Virus record (IMG/VR): IMGVR_UViG_3300028048_001497
Span: 64,001-128,000 of that record
DNA from: a virus
Lineage: Duplodnaviria > Caudoviricetes
Length of the DNA stretch: 64,000 nt
Reading direction: 5' to 3' (one strand)
The position numbers were made by a program, and so were the translations under genes. Positions 10,094-19,543 of this stretch are shown in pieces (positions within the stretch are counted from its first letter, which is position 1; every line of letters starts with the position of its first letter). Under the pieces are notes generated by a model, which saw only the letters and a program-made list of their open reading frames with translations, had not been told where the DNA came from and made no database searches.

Positions 10094-11001
10094 AAATTAA
10101 TTTGATTTATTTATTTTACGAATTAAATGGAGCATATACATCATTTGAAGATACATTTTATAATTTAAGACGATTTACAAATCATGATATTCGATTTATT
10201 ATTTTATATGAAGATAAAAATTTATTAAGAAGATTTCATGAATATTTAGCTTTTGGTGATGGAATTTGTTATCTTCCATTAGCAGTTGGAAAATACATGG
10301 ATACATATGGAAATACAAATATTATTAAACATAAAAAAATGGTTTATGATATAAAAGGTGATATAAACATTATTAGTTCTGAAATTATTAAATTACAGAA
10401 ACAAAATCGTTTTAAACAATCTGCTAATCAAGAATTTCTTTTATATCCTGCATTTATTTACAAGCAACAAAATAAAAACCAACAAATTTTAAAAGATGAA
10501 ATGGATTATATAAAAGAACATCATGTATTAACAATTTGTAATAAATTTAATTCAAAGTTTGTTGATAATAGTTTTGTTTGGTATATGAAGTTTTCTCCTG
10601 AAAGAATTAATAAACTGAAAAATTTAGTTTCAAATAAAAAAGATGCTCTAGTTGCAGAGGAATATTATCACAGTAAAATAAAAGAAGAAAATATTAAGCC
10701 ATTTGATTATAAAGAATATTTATATTATCGTTATGATAAGAAAAATAATGATAATTTGTATACAGATGATGGTGCTCGGTATTATGAAAACATTGGTAAG
10801 TTACTATTTGAATTTATTTTATTAGGAAAAAATTCAATTTATTTACCAAAAAATAAAAAGTTTGATGATGGATTAACAGAATTTATGAATGATATGGGAT
10901 TAGATGACAATAAAGAGTATAAATTTTCTGATAAAGATAAACAATTTTTTGAGGATAAATTGTTTATGAAGTCGGATGATAAACTTTTAACTATTTTTTA
11001 A
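10090..11001 (+). CDS. hypothetical protein in glycosylation operon
   Basis: 303-aa ORF coupled by ATGA overlap. Confidence 0.75.
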   Translation: MKINLIYLFYELNGAYTSFEDTFYNLRRFTNHDIRFIILYEDKNLLRRFHEYLAFGDGICYLPLAVGKYMDTYGNTNIIKHKKMVYDIKGDINIISSEIIKLQKQNRFKQSANQEFLLYPAFIYKQQNKNQQILKDEMDYIKEHHVLTICNKFNSKFVDNSFVWYMKFSPERINKLKNLVSNKKDALVAEEYYHSKIKEENIKPFDYKEYLYYRYDKKNNDNLYTDDGARYYENIGKLLFEFILLGKNSIYLPKNKKFDDGLTEFMNDMGLDDNKEYKFSDKDKQFFEDKLFMKSDDKLLTIF

Positions 11002-11016
11002 GGAAGAAGTTTTTGT

Positions 11017-12606
11017 ATGAAAATATTAGGAATACAATGTTATCAAGATTATAATGTTACATATTATAATACAGATACAAAAGAAATGAAGTTTTTGGAA
11101 TTAGAAAAATTATTAAAAAAGAAACATTTTTCTTTCCATTCAGATAAAATTGATTATATGTCTGAAATAGATAATATTTATCGTGATAATCTTAGAAATA
11201 ATTTATATAAATGTCAAAAATTAATTCATAAAGAATTTAATGTTGATAAATTTGACGTGATTTGTTGGAATTATAAAACATTTAAAGACGGTTATTTAAA
11301 ACAGGAATCATATGATTTTGTAAAAATGTTAGAGCGTTGTGACATTTTAAAATTTCATCATCAAGAAAATCATGTGTTACCAGCAATAATTGAAAATCAT
11401 TTATCTGATGCGCTTTGTTTATCTATAGATGGTAAGGGTGATGGAAATCATGCTTTTTATCATTGGAAAGATAATAAATTGAATAAATTGTTTCAAGAAC
11501 AAAAATTCTCATATGGTATGTATTATGAAGTGTTGTCCTGCTATTTTTTAGATAAACGTCATAAATATGAACAAGGATTAGAAGGTAAATTTATGGCATA
11601 TGCAGGTTTATCTAATAATTTTGTTCAAATTAAAGATATAGATGTTTTTGAAAAAACAATTAAAGACGTGAATTGGAATATATGGGAAGATAAAGAAAAT
11701 ATAGAAACATATATTTATAATTTCTTAGATGAACAATCTAAAGAATTTGATAAGTATGATTTGGCATATACCATGCAAAAATTGTGGATAGATTGGGTAA
11801 TGAGAGAACTATCTTCTTATAGACATGAAAGTGATATATTAGTCCTTTCTGGTGGTTGTGCTATGAATTGTATGTTAAATTATGTGATTGAAAAAACAGG
11901 TTGGTTTAATCATATATACTATACCCCTGTTGTAGCAGACACAGGTCAATCATATGGTGCAGTTTTAAATTATTTGTTGCATTATAAACCAGATGAATTA
12001 AATTATATTAAGTCTAAAAACTATACTGTTACTCAATCAATGCAAGAAAAAGATTTGTATCAACAACATAGTTCTGAATTTAACGATATAGATATAAACG
12101 CTTTGGTTGAAAAATTGGCTAATGATAAAATTGTTGGTGTTTGTCGTGGGAATATTGAAATGGGTGCAAGAGCCTTGGGTAGACGTAGCATTTTATCTTC
12201 TCCATTTCACAAAGAAATGCATGATAAATTAAATACAATAAAGGGTAGAGAATGGTATCGTCCATATGGAATTATAATTCCTGAAGATAAAATAAGTGAA
12301 TATTTCGATATAGATACTGATGTCCCATACATGAATATTTTAGCAAAACCAAAAATAGATAATTTATTAGGTGCTATGCATAAAGATGGAACAATTCGTA
12401 TACAAACAGTTAGTGAAAAAGATGATAAATGGTTATATAATTTGTTATATGCGTTTGGTAATAAAACAGGAGTTGCAATTTTAATTAATACTTCATTTAA
12501 TGATAGTGGTTTGCCAATTTTTAATTATTTTAGTGATATGTATCGTATGTATCAAGAAAAATTGGATGGATTAATTATTGAAAATAAAGTTTCGTATAAA
12601 GAGTGA
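11017..12606 (+). CDS. NodU/CmcH-family O-carbamoyltransferase
   Basis: HHQENH, DGKGD, EGKFMAYAG, LSGGCAMN, GARALGRRSIL, KGREWYRP, HKDGTIRIQTV, LINTSFN. Confidence 0.93.
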   Translation: MKILGIQCYQDYNVTYYNTDTKEMKFLELEKLLKKKHFSFHSDKIDYMSEIDNIYRDNLRNNLYKCQKLIHKEFNVDKFDVICWNYKTFKDGYLKQESYDFVKMLERCDILKFHHQENHVLPAIIENHLSDALCLSIDGKGDGNHAFYHWKDNKLNKLFQEQKFSYGMYYEVLSCYFLDKRHKYEQGLEGKFMAYAGLSNNFVQIKDIDVFEKTIKDVNWNIWEDKENIETYIYNFLDEQSKEFDKYDLAYTMQKLWIDWVMRELSSYRHESDILVLSGGCAMNCMLNYVIEKTGWFNHIYYTPVVADTGQSYGAVLNYLLHYKPDELNYIKSKNYTVTQSMQEKDLYQQHSSEFNDIDINALVEKLANDKIVGVCRGNIEMGARALGRRSILSSPFHKEMHDKLNTIKGREWYRPYGIIIPEDKISEYFDIDTDVPYMNILAKPKIDNLLGAMHKDGTIRIQTVSEKDDKWLYNLLYAFGNKTGVAILINTSFNDSGLPIFNYFSDMYRMYQEKLDGLIIENKVSYKE

Positions 12607-13367
12607 TAGAATTGAAACATATTCCTTTGATAGAATATCATTTAGTAAATCATTGTAATTTAAATTGTAAGGGGTGTGCTCATTTTGCACCATTGGCAAA
12701 ACATTGGTTTGCAGATATATATGAATTTGAGAAAGATTTAAAACAACTATCTTCATTGGTTGAAATTGATAGACTAACTTTGTTTGGTGGAGAACCATTG
12801 TTAAATGATAATATAAATGATTTTTTAATTATAGCAAGAAAGGTTCTTCCAAATACAGATATTAGTGTTTTGACAAACGGTGTTGTTTTATTAAAAAAAA
12901 TAAGTTCTATGGCAAAAGTTCTAAAAGATAATAATATTTATATTGATATTACTTGTTATCCAATTAATGTTGACTATGAAATAGAATTAAAAATGTTAAA
13001 AGCATTAAAGATACCATATAGAATTTATAATGATTTAGAACGTGTAAAAACATTAAGGCATCATATTTTATCTCATATAAAAAAAGAAAATACATGGGAT
13101 TGTTTAATGATAAATTCAAATTCGGTTCAATTAAGAAATGGTAAATTGTATATATGTCCTTTGCAAGCGTATATTGATATTTTTAATGATTATTTTCACG
13201 AAAATTTTAAAGTAGATAAAAATAATATTTTGGATATTTATAATTGTACGGACGATGATATAGTAAATATGTATCATAGAAAAAATAGTTTTTGTGAATA
13301 TTGTAGAGAACCAATAGAAGGGAATAAATATTCTACATCTAAAAGGGAGAAGTTAGAATGGATGTAA
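12603..13367 (+). CDS. radical SAM protein
   Basis: CNLNCKGCAHFAP, FGGEPLL, LTNG, C-terminal CEYC. Confidence 0.9.
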   Translation: MIELKHIPLIEYHLVNHCNLNCKGCAHFAPLAKHWFADIYEFEKDLKQLSSLVEIDRLTLFGGEPLLNDNINDFLIIARKVLPNTDISVLTNGVVLLKKISSMAKVLKDNNIYIDITCYPINVDYEIELKMLKALKIPYRIYNDLERVKTLRHHILSHIKKENTWDCLMINSNSVQLRNGKLYICPLQAYIDIFNDYFHENFKVDKNNILDIYNCTDDDIVNMYHRKNSFCEYCREPIEGNKYSTSKREKLEWM

Positions 13368-14170
13368 AATATTGTTTAAAAACACAAATTGTGGATGAAT
13401 GTAATTTAAATTGTAAAGGGTGTGACCATTTTGCTCCATTAGCAAAACCTTGGCATCAACCATTAGTAGATTTTGTTAATATGATGAAAACGGTTCGTAA
13501 TACAATTGGAAATAATATCAAGGAAATTGAATTATACGGTGGAGAACCTTTATTACATGAACAATTATATGAAATGATTTTAGTTTTGAAAGTTCTTTTC
13601 AACAATGAAATTATAATTTCAATTGAAACAAATGGCATTTTATTAAATAATTTTTTACAAAGTCATAAAAATTTAATTAATGATAATAAAATAGAAATTA
13701 AAATTACGGAATATAAAAGCACAAAAGGAATTGTAAATAGATTAAAGAATAATTATTTACATAATAATATATATCAAGCAAAAATGTTAAATAAAGAACT
13801 TGAATTAACAAATCATTTTTCATATAAAGAAAACTTGTTTAATGTTAACATTAACAAAAAACAAAATGAACAAATTATTGATGTATATAATAATTGTTAT
13901 GTAAAATGTGAGGAAAAAGATTCTTTGTGTTTAAGAGATTGGATTTTATCTCCATGTCCAATGACAATGTGCTTGAATATTTTTGATGATTTTTTTAATG
14001 AACAATATGATAATAAGAATAATCATGTTGTTGTTACTGATAAATTATCTGTTAAAGATTTAGATAAAATGGCACATTATCCATGTGATTTTTGTAAGCG
14101 ATGTGGAAATATTATTTATGGTATTCCATATGGCATTTCTAAAAAGGATAGAAAAGAATGGCAGATGTAA
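13358..14170 (+). CDS. radical SAM protein (paralog of upstream gene)
   Basis: CNLNCKGCDHFAP, YGGEPLL, ETNG, C-terminal CDFCKRC. Confidence 0.9.
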   Translation: MDVKYCLKTQIVDECNLNCKGCDHFAPLAKPWHQPLVDFVNMMKTVRNTIGNNIKEIELYGGEPLLHEQLYEMILVLKVLFNNEIIISIETNGILLNNFLQSHKNLINDNKIEIKITEYKSTKGIVNRLKNNYLHNNIYQAKMLNKELELTNHFSYKENLFNVNINKKQNEQIIDVYNNCYVKCEEKDSLCLRDWILSPCPMTMCLNIFDDFFNEQYDNKNNHVVVTDKLSVKDLDKMAHYPCDFCKRCGNIIYGIPYGISKKDRKEWQM

Positions 14171-15093
14171 AATTTTATATTATTATTCCAACATATAATC
14201 GTTTTGATAAAATAAAAAAAGCGATACAAAGTGTATTGCAACAGATATATGATAAGTATCATATAATTATAGTTGATGACCATTCAGATAAAAATAATCA
14301 TATACAATTAGAAAAATATACTAATTGTAATGATAGAATATCATATTATTATTTGCCTGAAAATAGAGGTCATTGTTATGCTAGAAATTTTGCGTTAAAT
14401 CATATTGAAGAAATTGATAGTTGGGTAAAATATTTAGATGATGATGATTTAATATTACCAAATTGCTTAAAAGATATTGCAGATTATATATCAAAAAACA
14501 AACAAATAAATGTTTTAACAACAAATTTTGATATATTAAACGAACATGATGAAGTGATTAAGCATATTGAACCTAATTATAATATTGATAGTGTTTTTAA
14601 TGGAAATTTAGACACTTGTTGCATTTGTCATAAATATTCATTGTTTAAAGAAATTGGTGGATGGGATGAATTTTTATATCGTATGGCAGATGATGATTTT
14701 TTCTTTAAATATATTACTAATGGTAAATATGGGTTTTTAGATAAAACAACCTCCGTATTTTATCGGACAAGTGATAAAGGTAGAGTATCGAACCAGACAA
14801 CGAATTTAAAATATGTTAATTATATTGCAGACAAATATAATTATCATTATAATAAAAAATGTTTGATTATATGTGATAATAAATATATTGACAATGTGTT
14901 AAATACTGAATTTAAGATTGAATCATTTATGAAGTTTGATATAAATAAAAAGCCATCAAAAGATTATGATTATTTGATTTATATTAAAGATTTTAACGTT
15001 CTTCAAGATTTGTATGATGAACTATATCGTACTAAGAAAGATTTGGTTAAAATAAAAAATTCTATATTGATAAAAAATAGATTAAAGAATTGA
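14158..15093 (+). CDS. glycosyltransferase family 2
   Basis: IIIPTYNR, IIVDDHS, NRGHCYARN, YLDDDD. Confidence 0.92.
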   Translation: MADVKFYIIIPTYNRFDKIKKAIQSVLQQIYDKYHIIIVDDHSDKNNHIQLEKYTNCNDRISYYYLPENRGHCYARNFALNHIEEIDSWVKYLDDDDLILPNCLKDIADYISKNKQINVLTTNFDILNEHDEVIKHIEPNYNIDSVFNGNLDTCCICHKYSLFKEIGGWDEFLYRMADDDFFFKYITNGKYGFLDKTTSVFYRTSDKGRVSNQTTNLKYVNYIADKYNYHYNKKCLIICDNKYIDNVLNTEFKIESFMKFDINKKPSKDYDYLIYIKDFNVLQDLYDELYRTKKDLVKIKNSILIKNRLKN

Positions 15094-15118
15094 CAAAACA
15101 GAATTACTCATGTATAAT
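15090..15118 (+). promoter_or_regulatory. consensus sigma70/sigmaA promoter
   Basis: TTGACA (15090-15095), 17 bp, TATAAT (15113-15118). Confidence 0.85.
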
Positions 15119-15163
15119 AAATCATATCGAAATATGAATTTGAGAAAGAAAGAGGTATTTGTT

Positions 15164-15388
15164 ATGTCAGACGAATTAAAAACAAATGAACAGGCAGTAG
15201 ATTCAACAACAGCAGTAATGGATAATCTTCAATGGGAAAAATTTGCTAAAGGCGACCTACTCAATTTTCTTGTATCACATGGTCTTGTAAAAATTACAGT
15301 TGATGATGGCGCAGGAAAAAAGGCAACGGTTAAGTTTACTTCCAAGGGTGAATATAATGTTTCTTATACAACGACAGAGTTGATGTAA
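15164..15388 (+). CDS. hypothetical protein
   Basis: start moved to ATG 15164 after AGAGGT RBS (track start lies inside the promoter). Confidence 0.75.
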   Translation: MSDELKTNEQAVDSTTAVMDNLQWEKFAKGDLLNFLVSHGLVKITVDDGAGKKATVKFTSKGEYNVSYTTTELM

Positions 15389-15390
15389 TT

Positions 15391-15708
15391 GTGGAAACAA
15401 AATTTGATACTTATCAAAACAAGAAAGAACAAAAAATAGATTCAATTTTGGAAGGTATTATTACAATAATGCGCCAAATTGAAGAAACAAAAAAAAGTAT
15501 AAAAGAATTATCTTCACGTGTTGATAGATTAGAACATAATCAACAGGTCATTTTGCGTAGTACAGGAGATACTATGATTATGACAAATAACAATACGAAT
15601 GATATAGAGGACATAAAAGGTAATACTGAATCTATATCAGAAAAAATAGATAATTTGGATTATACAGTTAAGAATTTGCGCATATACAAATATTATAATG
15701 GTGAATAA
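15391..15708 (+). CDS. hypothetical coiled-coil protein
   Basis: heptad-like composition; 105 aa. Confidence 0.7.
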   Translation: METKFDTYQNKKEQKIDSILEGIITIMRQIEETKKSIKELSSRVDRLEHNQQVILRSTGDTMIMTNNNTNDIEDIKGNTESISEKIDNLDYTVKNLRIYKYYNGE

Positions 15709-15714
15709 ATATAT

Positions 15715-15746
15715 AGCCCATAGGTATGTTTATCTATGGGTTTTTT
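15715..15746 (+). terminator. intrinsic terminator
   Basis: agcccatagg / tctatgggtt stem plus T run. Confidence 0.75.
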
Positions 15747-15779
15747 GTATAATAAAAGAAAAAGATTGGAGATAAAATA

Positions 15780-16223
15780 ATGCCAAAAGAAGTTAATATA
15801 GGATTCGTTGGGTATTCTGATTCAAAGTTTGATGTTCAGAGAGCCAAACAAATTATATATGATATTTTTCAAGTGATTGAAAGAAAATATTGTACAGAAG
15901 AAAATATGGACATGAAAATTAATATTATTACAGGTGCAACAAATTTAGGAATCCCTGCTCTTGTATATGAAATTGCACATAATGAAAATGTTAAGTATGG
16001 GAATTGGTTTACTTTAGTTGGCTTTATGGCTAAAGAAGGTTATCAATATAAACTATATCCATGCGATGAAATTTATGCTTATGGTGAAAAATTTGGTGAC
16101 GAAAGTTCATATTTTATTGATAGGATTGATGTTCTTTATAAAATTGGAGGAGGAAAACAATCCATTAAAGAGTTTCAAATGGCAAAAGATAAAGGTATAG
16201 AGACAGTTGAATATTCGTTGTAA
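15780..16223 (+). CDS. SLOG/LOG-superfamily nucleotide-binding protein
   Basis: IGFVG, IITGATNLGIP, IGGGKQSIKEFQMAKDKG. Confidence 0.6.
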   Translation: MPKEVNIGFVGYSDSKFDVQRAKQIIYDIFQVIERKYCTEENMDMKINIITGATNLGIPALVYEIAHNENVKYGNWFTLVGFMAKEGYQYKLYPCDEIYAYGEKFGDESSYFIDRIDVLYKIGGGKQSIKEFQMAKDKGIETVEYSL

Positions 16224-16250
16224 TTAAGTTATATTTTATGAAATAATATG

Positions 16251-16264
16251 TATTTTTCCTTTAG
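16251..16264 (+). promoter_or_regulatory. putative phage late promoter TATTT-N6-TAG
   Basis: tattt ttcctt tag. Confidence 0.6.
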
Positions 16265-16301
16265 ATGAAACATTTTAAATAATAGAAAAGGATGATTTGC
16301 T

Positions 16302-16853
16302 TTGTATAAGGTTAAATTAAATGGCAACTATAATGTCTACATTAAAGACCTTAACTTTGAGTTCACTCCTGTTAAACCTGTAAAAACATTCAAAGATGAA
16401 GAATTTGAAAATTCTGATGATATAAAAGTTTTTCTAAATGAATATCTTACGGCAACAAAGGTAGGGAATACAAAGAAAACTGAAAAGGTTTCTGAAACAA
16501 AGGAACTACCAAAAGATGTAAAAGAAGTTCCTGCGAAGAAAACAAAAGAAGAAGATGAAGTAGTTATTAATGCTACTAATGCTTCAAAAACATCTTCTGC
16601 TGATAAGTCAAAAGAAAACAAGAAAACATTAGCAGAAGAAAAACAAGGTAAAAAAGACGATGATGTTGTTGTTGCTGATGGTGCTTCAAAGAGCACACCA
16701 ACATCAAAAGAAACAAAACAGAATGATGATGTTGTTGTTGCTGATGGTGCTTCTAAGAGTGGCGCAAAAAAGACTATTTCAAATACAAAGAAACAAACTC
16801 CTGCGACAAAGAACAAAACAACAAATCGTAAGAGTTCAACTAATAAAAAGTAA
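16302..16853 (+). CDS. Lys/Thr-rich hypothetical protein with low-complexity tail
   Basis: AAAGGA RBS, TTG start; duplicated DDVVVADGASKS. Confidence 0.8.
   Translation: MYKVKLNGNYNVYIKDLNFEFTPVKPVKTFKDEEFENSDDIKVFLNEYLTATKVGNTKKTEKVSETKELPKDVKEVPAKKTKEEDEVVINATNASKTSSADKSKENKKTLAEEKQGKKDDDVVVADGASKSTPTSKETKQNDDVVVADGASKSGAKKTISNTKKQTPATKNKTTNRKSSTNKK
16659..16753 (+). repeat. 29-bp direct repeat, 66-bp period
   Basis: gatgatgttgttgttgctgatggtgcttc at 16659-16687 and 16725-16753. Confidence 0.85.
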
Positions 16854-16892
16854 TATTGTTAAATTTGCAAATTTAAGGATGTGTAAAATGGC

Positions 16893-17690
16893 ATGAAGAA
16901 GATTTCTTGGTTAGAGGATTTTGCAGAATCTCGTAAACAGAGTGCAAGCAAGCAGAAGAAAGTAACTGCTTCAAAAAAGGCTACAAAAAAGAGTGTTGCT
17001 GGAGCGGATATGATTATTATTGCTAAGTCCATGCTCCCAAAGGCAGTTAATGGTAATACAGTTAAGTATCAGAATATTAAGTGGAAGGTTGTAGATGCTT
17101 CTTATAAGGATGCAAAAGGTAGTGGCATTGTAATGAAGAAGATTGCAGGTATTGATACAAAGCCACTTACAAGTCCTGAAACACGTGCTTATACAGACCC
17201 AGGTGCAGTCTATGACTATAATGTTCGTGAGACAACAGAAATTCCTGATTTTGAGGAAGCTGCTCGTCAGACAGAGGAACAGATTGCAAAAGAAGATGCA
17301 GTAGACCATGATACAACACCAGCTGCTCGTTATCAGAACCATGCTCTTATGGGTGATGAAGCTCCTGCTATGGCTCCAGAGACAGAGGATGTAGTTCCTG
17401 ACGCCGAAGTTACAGAAGAAGCTCCTGCTGATGAAGATGCTCCTGTTGTTGAGGAAGAAGAAACAGAAGAAGTTGCTCCAGTAGAGGAAGAAGCTCCTGT
17501 TGATGAAGAAGCAGATGATTTTACATTTGATGATGTAGATGCTGAACCTCTTGATGAAACTCCTGCTGAAGAAGAAACAGAAGATACTCCTGTTGAGGAA
17601 GATAAAGAAGAAAAGAAACCTGTTGCTGCAAGCAAGAAGGTTGCTAAGAGACGTAAGAACCCAATTCTTATGGCTATGTTAAAGCGTTGA
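16893..17690 (+). CDS. acidic Glu/Pro-rich protein, possible scaffold or head-internal protein
   Basis: basic ends with (K/R)xxAS motifs, long acidic EEAP tract, biased codon use. Confidence 0.65.
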   Translation: MKKISWLEDFAESRKQSASKQKKVTASKKATKKSVAGADMIIIAKSMLPKAVNGNTVKYQNIKWKVVDASYKDAKGSGIVMKKIAGIDTKPLTSPETRAYTDPGAVYDYNVRETTEIPDFEEAARQTEEQIAKEDAVDHDTTPAARYQNHALMGDEAPAMAPETEDVVPDAEVTEEAPADEDAPVVEEEETEEVAPVEEEAPVDEEADDFTFDDVDAEPLDETPAEEETEDTPVEEDKEEKKPVAASKKVAKRRKNPILMAMLKR

Positions 17691-17710
17691 TAGAAGGAGA
17701 TTGTTGTACA

Positions 17711-18301
17711 ATGACAAAGGAACAAATGCGTAAGATTATTGAAAAGCATATTCAGGAAAAACGTGCAAGTCGTAAGCGTGTTGCAAGCAAGAAGGTTTTT
17801 CCAAAGCGTAAAGTAGCAAGCCGTGATGCAGTAGCTATGAAGAAAGCTATTGCAGAGCATAAGGTTATTGCGAAGCAAGCAAGTGTTCTTGCAGACCGTT
17901 TTGCAAAGAAACTTGATACTCGTATGGAAAAGATTCTCATGGATGCAGAGCAACTTGTTAAAGAATATTTCCCTGCAAAGTATGTAAGCGCTTCTCTTAC
18001 ACGTCTACAGAAGAAACTTATTAGCGAAGGTATTTCTTGCCGTTTTGACAAGACAATTTCTAAGACTGCTCGTATTAAGACTGCTAAGAGTGATATTACA
18101 CCAGATGAGTGTAAGGAAGCTATTGATAAGATTGCAAAGGCAACAGTTGATGCTACAGAAGAAACACTCGATGCTTGCCATTCTGCAATTCGTAATGTTG
18201 CTAAGAAACATTTCCCAAAACATCGTATTTCTTCTACTCATTCAATCTGCAAGCAGGTTGAAGCTAAGATGAAGGAAACAGGTCTTAACTTTAAGTTTTG
18301 A
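17711..18301 (+). CDS. basic protein, possible head-internal protein
   Basis: GAAGGAG RBS before ATG 17711; repeated RVAS/KVAS/KTA motifs. Confidence 0.7.
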   Translation: MTKEQMRKIIEKHIQEKRASRKRVASKKVFPKRKVASRDAVAMKKAIAEHKVIAKQASVLADRFAKKLDTRMEKILMDAEQLVKEYFPAKYVSASLTRLQKKLISEGISCRFDKTISKTARIKTAKSDITPDECKEAIDKIAKATVDATEETLDACHSAIRNVAKKHFPKHRISSTHSICKQVEAKMKETGLNFKF

Positions 18302-18318
18302 TTAAATTTAATATATAA

Positions 18319-18356
18319 TAAAAACGTAGTTAGTATATAACGCTAACTACGTTTTA
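18319..18356. terminator. intrinsic terminator
   Basis: taaaaacgtagttag / ctaactacgtttta. Confidence 0.75.
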
Positions 18357-18368
18357 TTTTTTATATAG
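18355..18368 (+). promoter_or_regulatory. putative phage late promoter TATTT-N6-TAG
   Basis: tattt tttata tag, directly after the terminator. Confidence 0.6.
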
Positions 18369-18386
18369 ATGAATGGTGGTGATAAT

Positions 18387-19496
18387 ATGGATTTATATAA
18401 AGGAGATACAAAAACTTTATATTATGAATTTCAGAAAGATAACCAAGTTGTTTCTGTAAAAAATCCAAAAGTAAGAGTTCTACATGAACATGATGATAAA
18501 ATTTATGAAGATTTGCCTTGGCAGGATATGAAACCGTTTGATAATGGATATGCTTATAATTTTGATACAAATGTGTGTGAAAATTATGGTAAATATGTTA
18601 TCGTATATCAAGGGGAATATAATGGAGAGAAATTAAATTCCATTGATTATTTTAATATAGTTCCTAAAAATATAGAAGATAATGATACTGTTTATCTTTA
18701 TGGTTATGTTAATGATATAAATAGTAATTGTATTATTAAAGATGTCAAAGTACAAATTATTGATTTAGAAAATAATAATATTGTATATCAAACATTTACA
18801 GATGAAGATGGTAAATGGGATGCCAAAATTTTTCCTAGTGAATATGAATTTAAATTCAATTTAGATGGATATGAAAGTCGTTCAATTAGAGCACAGATTG
18901 GCGATTCAAAAGAAGAAATTCAATTTAATAATATTGGATTAGAAAAACAATCAGATATATCACTAGGAACAGGTATGTTTAAAATCGAAGATGATTTTAC
19001 TGCAAAAAACAAAATGGGCATATCTAATATAACAATTTTGATATATGACACGAATGATTTAGAACATCCTTTAATAGAAACAAAAACAGATAGCAAAGGA
19101 AAATGGAAAGCATTTTTAGATAATGGTTCTTATATTATGCAAATTCAATTACCTTCTGGTACGAAAAAGAAATTTCAGATGAATGTATATAATGATGGTT
19201 CTAAATCTATTGAAGAAATTAAAATTAAAAATACGCAGATTGAAGAAACAAAAGTAGATAATGGTCATGGGACAGAAAAATTAACTGATTTTATATTGGA
19301 TGCTCATGGGAATGGTATTGAAAATGCTATAGTGAAAGCGTATAAATATAATATAGAGACGGATGAATATGAATTAGAGTGTGAAGATGAAACCACTTTA
19401 GAAGGGCAATTTGAGTTAAATCTTAATCATGGAAAATATAAATTGGTTGTAAATTGTGATGGTTTTATTCAAAATAGTCAAATAATAGATGTATAA
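18387..19496 (+). CDS. putative virion protein with three prealbumin-like / carboxypeptidase-regulatory-like repeats
   Basis: repeats TFTDEDGKW, TKTDSKGKW, ETTLEGQF followed by (G)xY; GGTGGTGA RBS. Confidence 0.7.
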   Translation: MDLYKGDTKTLYYEFQKDNQVVSVKNPKVRVLHEHDDKIYEDLPWQDMKPFDNGYAYNFDTNVCENYGKYVIVYQGEYNGEKLNSIDYFNIVPKNIEDNDTVYLYGYVNDINSNCIIKDVKVQIIDLENNNIVYQTFTDEDGKWDAKIFPSEYEFKFNLDGYESRSIRAQIGDSKEEIQFNNIGLEKQSDISLGTGMFKIEDDFTAKNKMGISNITILIYDTNDLEHPLIETKTDSKGKWKAFLDNGSYIMQIQLPSGTKKKFQMNVYNDGSKSIEEIKIKNTQIEETKVDNGHGTEKLTDFILDAHGNGIENAIVKAYKYNIETDEYELECEDETTLEGQFELNLNHGKYKLVVNCDGFIQNSQIIDV

Positions 19497-19501
19497 AATA
19501 T

Positions 19502-19515
19502 TATTTTTTTAATAG
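19502..19515 (+). promoter_or_regulatory. putative phage late promoter TATTT-N6-TAG
   Basis: tattt ttttaa tag. Confidence 0.6.
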
Positions 19516-19543
19516 ATATAAATTTAAAAAAAGGATGATAATT

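Noticed and set aside
16337-18241. Long minus-strand ORFs (16337-16816, 16971-17342, 17333-17953, 17752-18051)
   Set aside because: Antisense shadows of codon-biased low-complexity plus-strand genes; Ser/Phe-rich, with no RBS or motifs.
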